Below are positions 46,519 to 56,270 of a stretch of DNA of 64,000 bases, one piece after another. The notes beneath the pieces are model-generated. The model searched no databases. It was given only the letters and a program-made list of their open reading frames with translations, and was not told the DNA's origin. Numbering within the stretch: the stretch's first letter is position 1; each line of letters starts with the position of its first letter. The translations under genes and the position numbers were made by a program. Origin of the DNA: Bacteroidetes bacterium GWA2_32_17 (GTDB lineage Bacteria > Bacteroidota > Bacteroidia > Bacteroidales > GWA2-32-17); the NCBI GenBank assembly GCA_001769035.1, contig MENF01000150.1, positions 10,848 through 74,847 of the forward strand, read 5' to 3'.

Positions 46519-48174
46519 GTGCTTCAAACATTAATCATACAAAACTATGCTTTAATTGATAACCTTCAAATTGGTTTTAACTCCGGTTTTTCTACCATCA
46601 CTGGCGAAACTGGTGCAGGTAAATCAATAATAATGGGAGCTTTATCGCTAATTTTAGGACAAAGGGCAGATATTAGTTTTTTAAAAAACAAAGAGAAAAA
46701 ATGTATAATTGAAGGCGTTTTTTCTTTAAATAACAACCAACTTAAAAACTTTTTCGGCGAGCATGATTTAGATTTTTCAGAAACAATAATTTTACGTCGC
46801 GAAATTACTGTAAATGGCAATTCCAGAGCATTTGTAAACGACACCCCTGTTTCGTTAACAATAATCAAAGAAATAGGAATAAATTTAGTTGATATTCACA
46901 GTCAGCACGAAAATTTATTGCTTTCCAATGGCAGATTTCAACTTTCTGTTTTAGATGCAATAGCTAAAAACAATGTGCAACTAAGTGAATATAAAACGAC
47001 ATACAATAACTATATTGTTACACAAAAAAAATTAAATGAGTTAAAAGAACAAGCTAAAAAAAATCAAGCCGATTACGATTACTTTCAATTTCAGCTTAAA
47101 CAATTTGAAAATATTAATTTAAACGAAAATGAAGTTGCCGATTTGGAACAGGAAAAAAATATTTTAACTCATTCGGGTGAAATAATTGAAAACCTGAATT
47201 CTGCTATACAAATTCTTTCAGAAGGTGAAAACCCAATAATTTCAAAATTAAAAGAACTGAAATTTGTTTTTGAAAATCTTTCAAAAAATTATCAGTCAAC
47301 TAACATTCTGAAAGAAAGAATTGAAAATATTTTTATTGAATTAAAAGATATTTCATCGGAATTAGAAAGCATTATTTCGAAAGTTGAAGTAAATCCGGAA
47401 AGATTATCAAATATTTTAGAAAAACTTGATTTAATTTATACGCTTGAACATAAGCATAAAGTTAATTCGGTTAAAGAGTTAATAGAAATAAAAGACGATT
47501 TCAGAAAAAAAATAGAATCGGTAGAATTAACAGATAATGAAATCAGCAAACTTGAAAGTAAATTGTTAGAACATTATACATTATTAAAAAAGCGAGCAAA
47601 TATTCTTACTGAAAATCGTAAAAAAGCTTCAGTTTCAATTGAAAAAAGCATTATTCCAATGCTAAAACTTTTAGGAATTATTAATGCTAATTTTAAAGTT
47701 CAGCTATCAGAAGCCCCTGAATTTACATCAACCGGAAAAGATATTGTAAAATTTCTTTTTTCGGCAAACAAAAATATTGAACCAATGGACATTTCAAAAG
47801 TAGCTTCGGGCGGCGAACTTTCGAGATTAATGTTATCAATAAAATCGTTAATTGCTGACACAAACGAAGTTGAAACAATTATTTTCGATGAAATAGATAC
47901 AGGCATTAGTGGCGAAATTGCTTATTGTATGAGCGAAATAATGCATAAAATGTCGAAAAAAATTCAAGTAATAGCAATTACACATTTACCACAAATTGCA
48001 TCGCGTGGCGAAAATCATTATCTTGTTTATAAAACAAATAACAAAGAAAAGTCGGAAACTTGTATAAGTCTTTTAAAGCAAGAAGATAGAATTACTGAAA
48101 TAGCTAAAATGTTGAGTGGCAAAGAGGTAACGAATGCAGCTTTGGAAAATGCTAAAAATTTGCTAAAGAATTAA
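46519..48174 (+). CDS. recN: DNA repair protein RecN
   Basis: GTG start, Walker A GETGAGKSI, a long coiled coil, SGGELSRLMLSIK and IIFDEIDTGISG. Confidence 0.93.
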   Translation: MLQTLIIQNYALIDNLQIGFNSGFSTITGETGAGKSIIMGALSLILGQRADISFLKNKEKKCIIEGVFSLNNNQLKNFFGEHDLDFSETIILRREITVNGNSRAFVNDTPVSLTIIKEIGINLVDIHSQHENLLLSNGRFQLSVLDAIAKNNVQLSEYKTTYNNYIVTQKKLNELKEQAKKNQADYDYFQFQLKQFENINLNENEVADLEQEKNILTHSGEIIENLNSAIQILSEGENPIISKLKELKFVFENLSKNYQSTNILKERIENIFIELKDISSELESIISKVEVNPERLSNILEKLDLIYTLEHKHKVNSVKELIEIKDDFRKKIESVELTDNEISKLESKLLEHYTLLKKRANILTENRKKASVSIEKSIIPMLKLLGIINANFKVQLSEAPEFTSTGKDIVKFLFSANKNIEPMDISKVASGGELSRLMLSIKSLIADTNEVETIIFDEIDTGISGEIAYCMSEIMHKMSKKIQVIAITHLPQIASRGENHYLVYKTNNKEKSETCISLLKQEDRITEIAKMLSGKEVTNAALENAKNLLKN

Positions 48175-48286
48175 TTAATTTAGCAAAAGTGAAATCTAAA
48201 TAACAAATCCAATATAACATTGTGTACAATAATTAAAATTATAAAATCAAAACCGAAATTTGTTTATTTTTGTTAAAAAATAAATT

Positions 48287-51100
48287 ATGACTAACAAAGA
48301 AAAAGCATATAAAGAAATCGAAAAATTGGTAAATCGTTTTACCGAACAGGAAGAGCTTTATAAGCAACAGTCATATAATGAAACTCAAACGAGACGAGAT
48401 TTTATTGACCAATTTTTTAGAGTTCTTGGCTGGGATATCGAAAATAAGAAAGGACTTTTTCAAACCGAAAGAGAAGTTCGTCATGAAGATAAAATAAAAA
48501 TTAAAGGTCATACAAAAGCACCCGATTATTCGTTTCATATAAACAATAAACGAAAATTCTTTTTAGAAGCTAAACGACCATCAGTTTCGTTAAAAGACGA
48601 CTCCGAACCTGCCAATCAATTAAGAACTTATGGGTGGAATGCTAAATTAAATATTTCTGTTCTTACCGATTTTGAGGAATTTGTTATTTACGATTGTACA
48701 AAAAAAGTATTAAAAACTGATAAGTCAGCAAAGTGCAGAATAAAATTTATTTTATATATAGATTATTTAAAAGAATTCGATTTTTTATATGATACGTTTT
48801 CAAAAGAAAATGTTGAGAAAGGAAGTATTGAGCAATTTGCAATAAAAAATATTAACGACCGCGATAAAGAAACTGTTGATAAAGAATTTTTAAAATCGTT
48901 AGAGGGCTGGAGAACTTATCTTGCAACTAATATCGCCAGTAACAACAAAGAATTAGACGAAGAGGAAATTAATTTTTGTGTTCAGCAAACAATAGATAGA
49001 ATAGTGTTTTTAAAAATATGCGAGGATAGAAAAATTGAAAACGAAGGTAGTTTAAAACAATGTGTAAAAACAGGTAATTTTTATAACAATTTATTTTATT
49101 ATTTTAAAGTATCAGACCAAAAGTACAACTCCGGAATTTTTGATTTTAAAAAAGATACAATTACCGAGAAACTTAAAATTGACAATAAAATATTAGAAAA
49201 TATAATTGACGAATTTTATGAAAGCGGTTACAGTTTCACAATTATACCAGTTGAAATTTTGGGCTATGCTTACGAACAATTTTTAGGAAAGGTAATACGA
49301 TTAGAAAAATCGGGGCATGCAATAATTGAAACAAAAGCAGAAGTTAGAAAAGCCGGTGGAGTTTATTATACACCTGAATATATTGTTGAGTATATTGTTA
49401 AAAATACTGTTGGTAAGTTAATTGAAAACAAAACACCAGAAGAAATCAGCAAAATAAAAATACTTGACCCGGCATGTGGCAGTGGTTCGTTTTTATTGGG
49501 TGCTTATCAATATTTATTAAATTATCATCAAAATTATTATAACAAGCATCTAAAAGGGAAATCAACAAAAGATAGTCCGATAAACCATGAGGGTTTTTTA
49601 ACTACAGCCGAAAAAAATAGAATTTTACTTAATAATATATTCGGTGTGGACATTGATTTACAAGCTGTTGAAGTTACAAAATTAAGTTTGCTTGTAAAAG
49701 CATTAGAAGGCGAAACAACTACTTCGGTAGAAACATCTTTATTGTTGTTTCATCAAAGAATATTGCCGAATATTGATAATAATATTTTATGTGGAAATTC
49801 GCTTGTAAATTCTGATTTCTATGATGCCGTTTTAAATTTAAACCCCAAAGAAGAACGAAAAATAAATGTTTTTAATTGGAAAAAAAGATTTAACCAAATT
49901 ACAGACGTATTTGATGCAATTATTGGAAATCCACCTTATAGAACTTTACAATTAGGTAAAAAACAAACATCTGAAAAAGATTATTTATTAGAATATTACA
50001 AAACACATTTTCCATATTCTTTTGACTATAAAATTAATTTATTTGCTTTATTTATTGAAAAATCTGCATCAATTATTTCTCAAAATGGTATTTTTTCAAT
50101 GATTATCCCAAGTGCTTTTTACAACTCGCAATCATATTGTAAATTAAGAGAATATCTTTTAAAAAACGGTAATTTTTCTTTGCTATGCGATTTGAGATAT
50201 AAAGTTTTCGAACAAGCTGAAATTGGTGGTAATGCAATTTTCTTTTTCAAAAAAAACTTAAAAGAAGAGAAGATACAATTTCATTCAGTTGATAGTTATG
50301 AAAATTTTAAGAATCCTAAAATTCAAAATATCCTAAAAGAAAATATTTCAAAAGAAAACGGGTTTAATTTAAATATTGATAATGAATACATCAATGTAAT
50401 AAATAAAATTTCACAGGTTGAAACAGTTGAACTTGGTTCAATTACAAAAATTTATCAAGGAATTATTACTGGAGATAACAAAAAATACATTACTGTCAAA
50501 CCAAAAAATGATAAATGGAAAAAAATTATTAGAGGACGTGATATCAACAAATACTCAATTACATTTGATAATAATTTTGTTTTATATGAACCCGAAAAAC
50601 TTTGGAGTAATACGGACTTGAAAATGTTTGATGTTCCGGAAAAAATAATTAGTCGCCAAACAAGTGATAAATTAGTTGCAGCAATTGATACTGAAAGATA
50701 TTTTTCGTTAGATAGTACCCACGTAATACATTTAACAACAAACAAAATAACTTTTAAATATTTATTGGCATTGTTTAACTCAAAATTAATGAATTTTATT
50801 TATCAAAGTAGAGTCAAAGAAAGTGGAAGAGTGTTTGCCCAAGTAAAAGTAGTAAATTTAAAACCACTGCCCATAAGATTAATCAACAAAAAAGATAAAA
50901 ATGAAAGTACTATATTTAAAGAAATTGAAAATTTAGTGGATAAAATAATGGATACAAATAAAGAAATTAGAAAAAAAATAATTCAACACGAAAAAGATTT
51001 GCTTTTTGAGAAGGCGGAACATTATACTAATGAAATAGATAAAAGAGTTTACCAAATTTATAATATAAATAACGAAGAAATTGAAATAATTGAAAAATAG
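48287..51100 (+). CDS. Type IIG restriction-modification enzyme (Eco57I-like: N-terminal PD-(D/E)xK-like domain, gamma-class N6-adenine methyltransferase, TaqI-like C-terminal specificity domain)
   Basis: APDYSFHINNKRKFFLEAKRP (PD...ExK), GVYYTPEYIV, ILDPACGSGSFLL, IIGNPPYRT and a C-terminal IYQGIITGDNKKYI...IIRGRDINKYSI block. Confidence 0.8.
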   Translation: MTNKEKAYKEIEKLVNRFTEQEELYKQQSYNETQTRRDFIDQFFRVLGWDIENKKGLFQTEREVRHEDKIKIKGHTKAPDYSFHINNKRKFFLEAKRPSVSLKDDSEPANQLRTYGWNAKLNISVLTDFEEFVIYDCTKKVLKTDKSAKCRIKFILYIDYLKEFDFLYDTFSKENVEKGSIEQFAIKNINDRDKETVDKEFLKSLEGWRTYLATNIASNNKELDEEEINFCVQQTIDRIVFLKICEDRKIENEGSLKQCVKTGNFYNNLFYYFKVSDQKYNSGIFDFKKDTITEKLKIDNKILENIIDEFYESGYSFTIIPVEILGYAYEQFLGKVIRLEKSGHAIIETKAEVRKAGGVYYTPEYIVEYIVKNTVGKLIENKTPEEISKIKILDPACGSGSFLLGAYQYLLNYHQNYYNKHLKGKSTKDSPINHEGFLTTAEKNRILLNNIFGVDIDLQAVEVTKLSLLVKALEGETTTSVETSLLLFHQRILPNIDNNILCGNSLVNSDFYDAVLNLNPKEERKINVFNWKKRFNQITDVFDAIIGNPPYRTLQLGKKQTSEKDYLLEYYKTHFPYSFDYKINLFALFIEKSASIISQNGIFSMIIPSAFYNSQSYCKLREYLLKNGNFSLLCDLRYKVFEQAEIGGNAIFFFKKNLKEEKIQFHSVDSYENFKNPKIQNILKENISKENGFNLNIDNEYINVINKISQVETVELGSITKIYQGIITGDNKKYITVKPKNDKWKKIIRGRDINKYSITFDNNFVLYEPEKLWSNTDLKMFDVPEKIISRQTSDKLVAAIDTERYFSLDSTHVIHLTTNKITFKYLLALFNSKLMNFIYQSRVKESGRVFAQVKVVNLKPLPIRLINKKDKNESTIFKEIENLVDKIMDTNKEIRKKIIQHEKDLLFEKAEHYTNEIDKRVYQIYNINNEEIEIIEK

Positions 51101-51135
51101 TAAATTAATTTATAAAAACATAAATTACAGATAGA

Positions 51136-51726
51136 TTGATAAATGTGAAACAAAATTACAAAATTTTTACTTTTGTGCTAAATTTAAAACAAAAGTTTCA
51201 ATACTTATTTATTTTCGTCTGTTACTTTTTGATGCTAACAGCACAAAATTTGTATTCCCAAAATTTTGGTTTAGGAGCAGAAGCCATATATAATTTTCAA
51301 ACAAGAAGTTTTGGACCTGGATTAAGAGGCGAATTTATTAAAAACGGAATCAGTATAGTTCCGCAAATATCTTATTATCCATCGTTTAATAAAGTTTCTG
51401 AATTTTTTGCAGGAGCAAGTTTGCACATTAATATATTGAGTTATGGTACTTATATGTTATATGCAATATTACATGGTTCTTATAACGGCTGGATAAATTA
51501 CATGAGCTCACCTATGGAAAATGCAAAATTTTCAAATTGGGATTTAGATGGTGGATTAGGTATAAGAACGAGCAAATGTATCCGACCTTTTATTGAATTT
51601 AGGTATAATGTTAAATGGAGAGAAACTAATATCAGATTAGGTTGTGTATATATTTTCAATTGTAAAGATAAAGGCGGTAAATCAAGAAAGAAAAAAGCCG
51701 TATCTTGTCCGGCATATAAACAATAA
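51136..51726 (+). CDS. Hypothetical outer-membrane beta-barrel-like protein
   Basis: Leader YLFIFVCYFLMLTAQNLYSQ and a G/Y/F-rich alternating pattern, with NIRLGCVYIF near the end. Start uncertain (TTG 51136 or GTG 51145). A basic 22-aa tail follows the barrel-like terminus. Confidence 0.35.
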   Translation: MINVKQNYKIFTFVLNLKQKFQYLFIFVCYFLMLTAQNLYSQNFGLGAEAIYNFQTRSFGPGLRGEFIKNGISIVPQISYYPSFNKVSEFFAGASLHINILSYGTYMLYAILHGSYNGWINYMSSPMENAKFSNWDLDGGLGIRTSKCIRPFIEFRYNVKWRETNIRLGCVYIFNCKDKGGKSRKKKAVSCPAYKQ

Positions 51727-51742
51727 TTTTAAATCAAATAAT

Positions 51743-52642
51743 ATGAAAACTAAAAATTTTATTCTGAATCTATTTTTTATTACAACAGTTGTCTGCACGT
51801 TGTTTATATTAAGCTGTTCAAAAAAGCGTATCGAACCAAAAGAAGAACAACTTAATAGTTACGAATCAATGAATAGCTATTACGATTCGAAAAAACAACA
51901 GGAACAGGATTTTGTAATTAATAGTTCAGGAAGCGGTCCAATTATTGGAAATCAGGGAACAAAACTCTGGGTTTCAAAAGAAAAACTTATGTTCCCAAAC
52001 ACAGACAGTGTTCAATGGCCTTATACAGTTAAATTAATAGAACTTTATACTCCAAAAGACATGCTTTATTATCAAATGCCAAATGTTTCAAATGGCGGAT
52101 TGTTAACAACAAGCGGAGAAGTAAGAGTGAGGGCTTTTAAAAACGGACAGGAATTAGTGCTGCGTCCAGATTGTACATGGACAGTTGAAATGCCAAATAC
52201 TAACCCAATGACTAATATGAAAATATATTATGGAGTAGAAAGTACTTATGTAGATTGGACAGATAATCCGGCAGGAAGTTTTACAATAACATCTTACGGT
52301 TATACAGGTGAAATAGCAAAGCTCGGATGGATTAACTGCGGAAAACCTGCATCTGTTTCTTCATCTACAACAAATTACACATTTTCATCATCAACAGATG
52401 AATTGCAAAATGTTAGTAAATTTATTTATTTCCCAAATGCTAAAAGTTTGATGCAGGTTTATGGCTCTACGTCAGGTGCATTGCCTTTAAACGAAAACAT
52501 TAAAATAATTTTAATTGGGATTAATGGTTCGCAATTATACGATTATTACAACGAAACACAGGTTAGTACATCAAACCAGATTAATGTAACAATGAGTACA
52601 ATTTCAGATGCAAGTTTAACAGCTATTCTTGATTCCTTATAA
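51743..52642 (+). CDS. Hypothetical lipoprotein
   Basis: MKTKNFILNLFFITTVVCTLFILSCSKK (lipobox). The ATG at 51743 removes the overlap implied by the ORF-track start at 51644. Confidence 0.5.
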   Translation: MKTKNFILNLFFITTVVCTLFILSCSKKRIEPKEEQLNSYESMNSYYDSKKQQEQDFVINSSGSGPIIGNQGTKLWVSKEKLMFPNTDSVQWPYTVKLIELYTPKDMLYYQMPNVSNGGLLTTSGEVRVRAFKNGQELVLRPDCTWTVEMPNTNPMTNMKIYYGVESTYVDWTDNPAGSFTITSYGYTGEIAKLGWINCGKPASVSSSTTNYTFSSSTDELQNVSKFIYFPNAKSLMQVYGSTSGALPLNENIKIILIGINGSQLYDYYNETQVSTSNQINVTMSTISDASLTAILDSL

Positions 52643-52648
52643 AAAGCA

Positions 52649-52717
52649 TTGCCACAGATTTCACAAATTTTCACAAAAAACAAGATAATCTGCGAACATC
52701 TGTGTAATTTGTGGCAA
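52649..52717. repeat. Inverted repeat ttgccacagatttcaca / tgtgtaatttgtggcaa between two genes
   Basis: The arms are at 52649-52665 and 52701-52717. A single related arm (tgtgaaatctgtggc) lies at about 58078-58095. Confidence 0.6.
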
Positions 52718-52725
52718 AAATAATA

Positions 52726-53694
52726 ATGAATACTATGACCAAACCAATAATCGTTTTAATTACTGGTGCCGCTGGTAACTTAGGTGGATTGCTTGCAAAG
52801 CATTTAAAACAAAACGAATCAGTTAATTTAAATTTAATGTTCCATAAAAAAGATGTTGCTCAGGAATTAAAAGATTCGAAAATAAATGTTATTCGTGCCG
52901 ATTTATCTAAAAAAGAAACTTTATATCCAGCACTCAAAAATATTGATGTAATTGTTCATTTTGCAGGAATTTTATTTAAACCAAATCCCGAAAAATTTCT
53001 ACCTGTTACAAATACAGAATATTTCAGAAATTTAGTTGATGTTGCTATTGAACAAAATGTAAAACGAATAATATTATGCAGCTTTCCACATGTAGAAGGT
53101 GAAACTTTTCCAGATAAACCTGCTACGGGAAAATTAGACGGAAAACCCACTTCAGCTCATGCACGAACAAGATTAGAAGAAGAAAAATACATATTTTTAA
53201 AAGCAGAAAATAATTCTTTTGAAGCTGTATCGTTACGGCTTGGAATGGTTTATGGCAGAGGAATATTAATGATGGACGTTGCAAAATTACTTGCAAAGTA
53301 TTGGCTACTAGGAATTTGGAAAAAACCTACATGGGTACACTTTATTTCAAAAATTGATTTTCTTAATGCATTTGAAAGTGCGATTGTAAAACCAAATATT
53401 AAAGGCATTTACCATATTGGCGATGATGGCGTACAAACATTACAGGATTATTTTGAAGTTGCCTGTCCGCAATGGCATCACAAAAAACCATGGCTCATGC
53501 CTTTAGGTTTAATAATGACATTTGCACATTGTTGTGAAATTTATTCTTCTATTTTTAAAACACGTTCACTTTTAACACGTGATTTTATTAAAATTGGTTA
53601 TGTTTCGTATTACGGCGACACCAAAAGAATGAAAGAAGATTTATTGCCAGAATTAAAGTATAAGACTTTTAAAGAGGGGTTGGAAACTTTATAA
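52726..53694 (+). CDS. NAD-dependent epimerase/dehydratase family (extended SDR) protein
   Basis: Rossmann motif VLITGAAGNLGGLLAKHL and SDR-like spacing. The GTG at 52711 lies inside a repeat arm, so the ATG at 52726 is preferred. Confidence 0.7.
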   Translation: MNTMTKPIIVLITGAAGNLGGLLAKHLKQNESVNLNLMFHKKDVAQELKDSKINVIRADLSKKETLYPALKNIDVIVHFAGILFKPNPEKFLPVTNTEYFRNLVDVAIEQNVKRIILCSFPHVEGETFPDKPATGKLDGKPTSAHARTRLEEEKYIFLKAENNSFEAVSLRLGMVYGRGILMMDVAKLLAKYWLLGIWKKPTWVHFISKIDFLNAFESAIVKPNIKGIYHIGDDGVQTLQDYFEVACPQWHHKKPWLMPLGLIMTFAHCCEIYSSIFKTRSLLTRDFIKIGYVSYYGDTKRMKEDLLPELKYKTFKEGLETL

Positions 53695-53806
53695 TGAACT
53701 TCAAAACTTTGACATTTTTATTATGGAAAATAATTAGGGTCTGCTGAAAAAGTCAATCCGATATGGAACTAAAGCCCAATGTCATTAAATAAAGCGATTG
53801 AGTTTT

Positions 53807-53960
53807 AATAATGTCGTACCTACGGTACTTTAGAATCATATTTAGTTCAATTGTTACCATAATGTCATCCCTCTGGGATTTTATTAAGCTCCGTTGGAGC
53901 GGTATTATGGTAAAAGGAAAAATAATATTTGGCTAAAGTCCTGTAGGGACGACATTATTT
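53807..53960. repeat. Nested imperfect palindrome (outer arms aataatgtcgtacctacggtac / gtcctgtagggacgacattatt; inner arms ccataatgtcatccc / gcggtattatgg)
   Basis: Read directly from the sequence. It is followed by atccgatagttatcggat and by the hairpin gcaaagaatttcac...gtgaaaatcctttgc (about 54019-54057). Confidence 0.6.
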
Positions 53961-54188
53961 TCTTAACTTAACGACATTGCACTATAGGGAGCTTCTAAAA
54001 TCCGATAGTTATCGGATGCAAAGAATTTCACGCTTTTAGTGAAAATCCTTTGCACTTTTAAAAAATATTTACTTCATAATATGCTATATTACTGTATGAT
54101 AATATTTATTCAGCAAGCTCTAATTAACAACCTTTATTCAAATAATTTAGTTTGTATAAAGGTTACACTTGATATAGGCAATGTAATT

Positions 54189-54415
54189 CTATGTTTTCAC
54201 AAATTTTGAAACTTCAAACTGTTTATTATTATTTAATTTAACAATGTACACACCTTTTTCAAGCATACTTATATCAATCTTTAAATTATTTTGCAGTACT
54301 CTTTGTTGAATTAATAACTGACCTTGAATGTCATAAATAGAAATAATATTGTTTTGTAAATCTGATACCTGATTCAACTCAATGGTGATATTGTTTTTTG
54401 CTGGATTTGGGAATA
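54189..54415 (-). repeat. About 227-bp near-identical segment shared with 56044-56270 (encodes the T9SS CTD)
   Basis: By eye, only about 7-8 mismatches over the segment. Similarity stops abruptly at ...gctggatttgg. Confidence 0.85.
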
Positions 54416-55751
54416 CAGTAATTGTATTATTTGTACCATCTTCAATACCCGAATATGATGATGCAGAATACGTATAAGAGGCAGTATTATTTTCATGAAT
54501 TGCTGAATCGACATTCATAACTGCCATTATAACCTTATTATAACTTATCCCTAAGTTATTCGCAATAAATGTAGCATGATTTAAACTATCTAAAGGAACA
54601 CCAATAATACTATCAATGTGATTATTTGTAGTGTTTTTTAAAATAAAATCAATTCTAAATTTTGAATTAGATTGACCTTGAAAATCTATTGTTATGGGAC
54701 TTGAAACAGAGGAAGTAAATGTAATATAATCTGAACCATAAGGAGTAATAGTAGCATTTTTTAAACCAGTTGGAAATGAAGTGTAATTTGCAGAAATATA
54801 ACATGAAGAAAATCTGTAATGTGTATATGAATATTTTCCTCCTGCATAAACCAAGTCGTCAGCAAAATTTGAAATAATAAATTGTTCAAACGCATCGTCA
54901 AATGATTCAGAATAACCAAGCTCATTTAATGTGCTTTCAACACCATAAATTCCATTTAGCTGATTGCTAATTAATGCAGAGATATAGTTCCATTTACCAA
55001 AATGCTCATACATAAACAACATAAATAACTTTACCTGATTATAGTCCGAAAAGTAGATTAGTGGCATATCAGGATTATAAATAAAATAAGCTGAATTATC
55101 CAAAATATTGTGTTGATAAATATTCTCAGTTAGATAAATAGCTCCAAAGGTTGCGAACCCTTCATCAACCCAAGCATCTTCCCAAAATTTTATAGGATTT
55201 ATTATTGGTTCGGGTGAATGGTCTTGTTGCCAATGCAACAAATGCCCAAACTCATGTGCAACTATATCAACAGCATAATTAAAATGATCAGCAGATACAT
55301 ATATTATTTCTCTTTGGCAGCTATGTCTATTCCATTGAGCATAAACCATAGAATCTGACATTTGTTGTCCAGGGTCAAAATACCCATACCAACTGGGCTC
55401 ATTTAATACCAAAATAAAAATATTTGAATCGTTATCGAAAACATTCGGAACTGGTCCATAACGAGTTGTAAGAGAATCGTAAAAATGATAATCAAATGTA
55501 TGCACAAGAGAATCAACATTAGCTTGCAAAGGTTGTGTTGCAGAATCTTCAACAAAAACATAACAATGATTTCCCGCTTTTTTACAAATTGCATTAACCA
55601 GTCGTTGAGGCGAACTTTGCAAGGGAGGCCAATCAATATAAGTTACTGACCAAAATTTTAATGTGTCACCAACATTATATTGCGAAAAACAGGAGTTTTG
55701 TTTTCCAATAAATGCGATAATAATGATAACTAAAAATTTAATGTGTTTCAT
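54189..55751 (-). CDS. T9SS-sorted zinc metalloprotease (HExxH)
   Basis: Signal peptide, VAHEFGHLLH, and a C-terminal CTD VFPNPAKNNITIELNQ...GVYIVKLNNNKQFEVSKFVKT. Confidence 0.7.
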   Translation of the reverse strand: MKHIKFLVIIIIAFIGKQNSCFSQYNVGDTLKFWSVTYIDWPPLQSSPQRLVNAICKKAGNHCYVFVEDSATQPLQANVDSLVHTFDYHFYDSLTTRYGPVPNVFDNDSNIFILVLNEPSWYGYFDPGQQMSDSMVYAQWNRHSCQREIIYVSADHFNYAVDIVAHEFGHLLHWQQDHSPEPIINPIKFWEDAWVDEGFATFGAIYLTENIYQHNILDNSAYFIYNPDMPLIYFSDYNQVKLFMLFMYEHFGKWNYISALISNQLNGIYGVESTLNELGYSESFDDAFEQFIISNFADDLVYAGGKYSYTHYRFSSCYISANYTSFPTGLKNATITPYGSDYITFTSSVSSPITIDFQGQSNSKFRIDFILKNTTNNHIDSIIGVPLDSLNHATFIANNLGISYNKVIMAVMNVDSAIHENNTASYTYSASSYSGIEDGTNNTITVFPNPAKNNITIELNQVSDLQNNIISIYDIQGQLLIQQRVLQNNLKIDISMLEKGVYIVKLNNNKQFEVSKFVKT

Positions 55752-56043
55752 ATTTTATTTTTTGTCAAAGGTTGACAATGTTTATTTTTGTTTGCAAATT
55801 TAATATTTCAATTTCTTTCTAATAATATTTCTATCTCGATTAATTAGAATTTAACTTAATAAAAGGCATTAATCCCACATGTCATGTGTATTTCTCACTA
55901 TATAATTAAGTGGTAGCAATATGTCGCTTAGTTCATTAAGTTGCAATTTCTCATTTAAATCTTTCTTTTGCATAAATATTACTGAATTTTATTTAAAAAA
56001 TTATATTGTGCAACAAATTACTATTATTATGAGCATTATAATG

Positions 56044-56270
56044 CTACATTTTTACAAATTTTGAAACTGCAAACTGTTTATTATTATTTAATTTAACAAT
56101 ATACACACCTTTTTCAAGCATACTTATATCCATCTTTAAATTATTTTGCAGTACTCTTTGTTGTATTAATAACTGACCTTGAATGTCATAAATGGAAATA
56201 ATATTGTTTTGTAAATCTGATACCTGATTCAACTCAATGGTGATATTGTTTTTTGCTGGATTTGGAAATA
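56044..56270 (-). repeat. About 227-bp near-identical segment shared with 54189-54415 (encodes the T9SS CTD)
   Basis: See 54189-54415. Confidence 0.85.

Noticed and set aside
54189-56270. The two near-identical CTD segments as a DGR template/variable repeat pair
   Set aside because: There is no reverse transcriptase in the window, and the mismatches are not concentrated at adenines.
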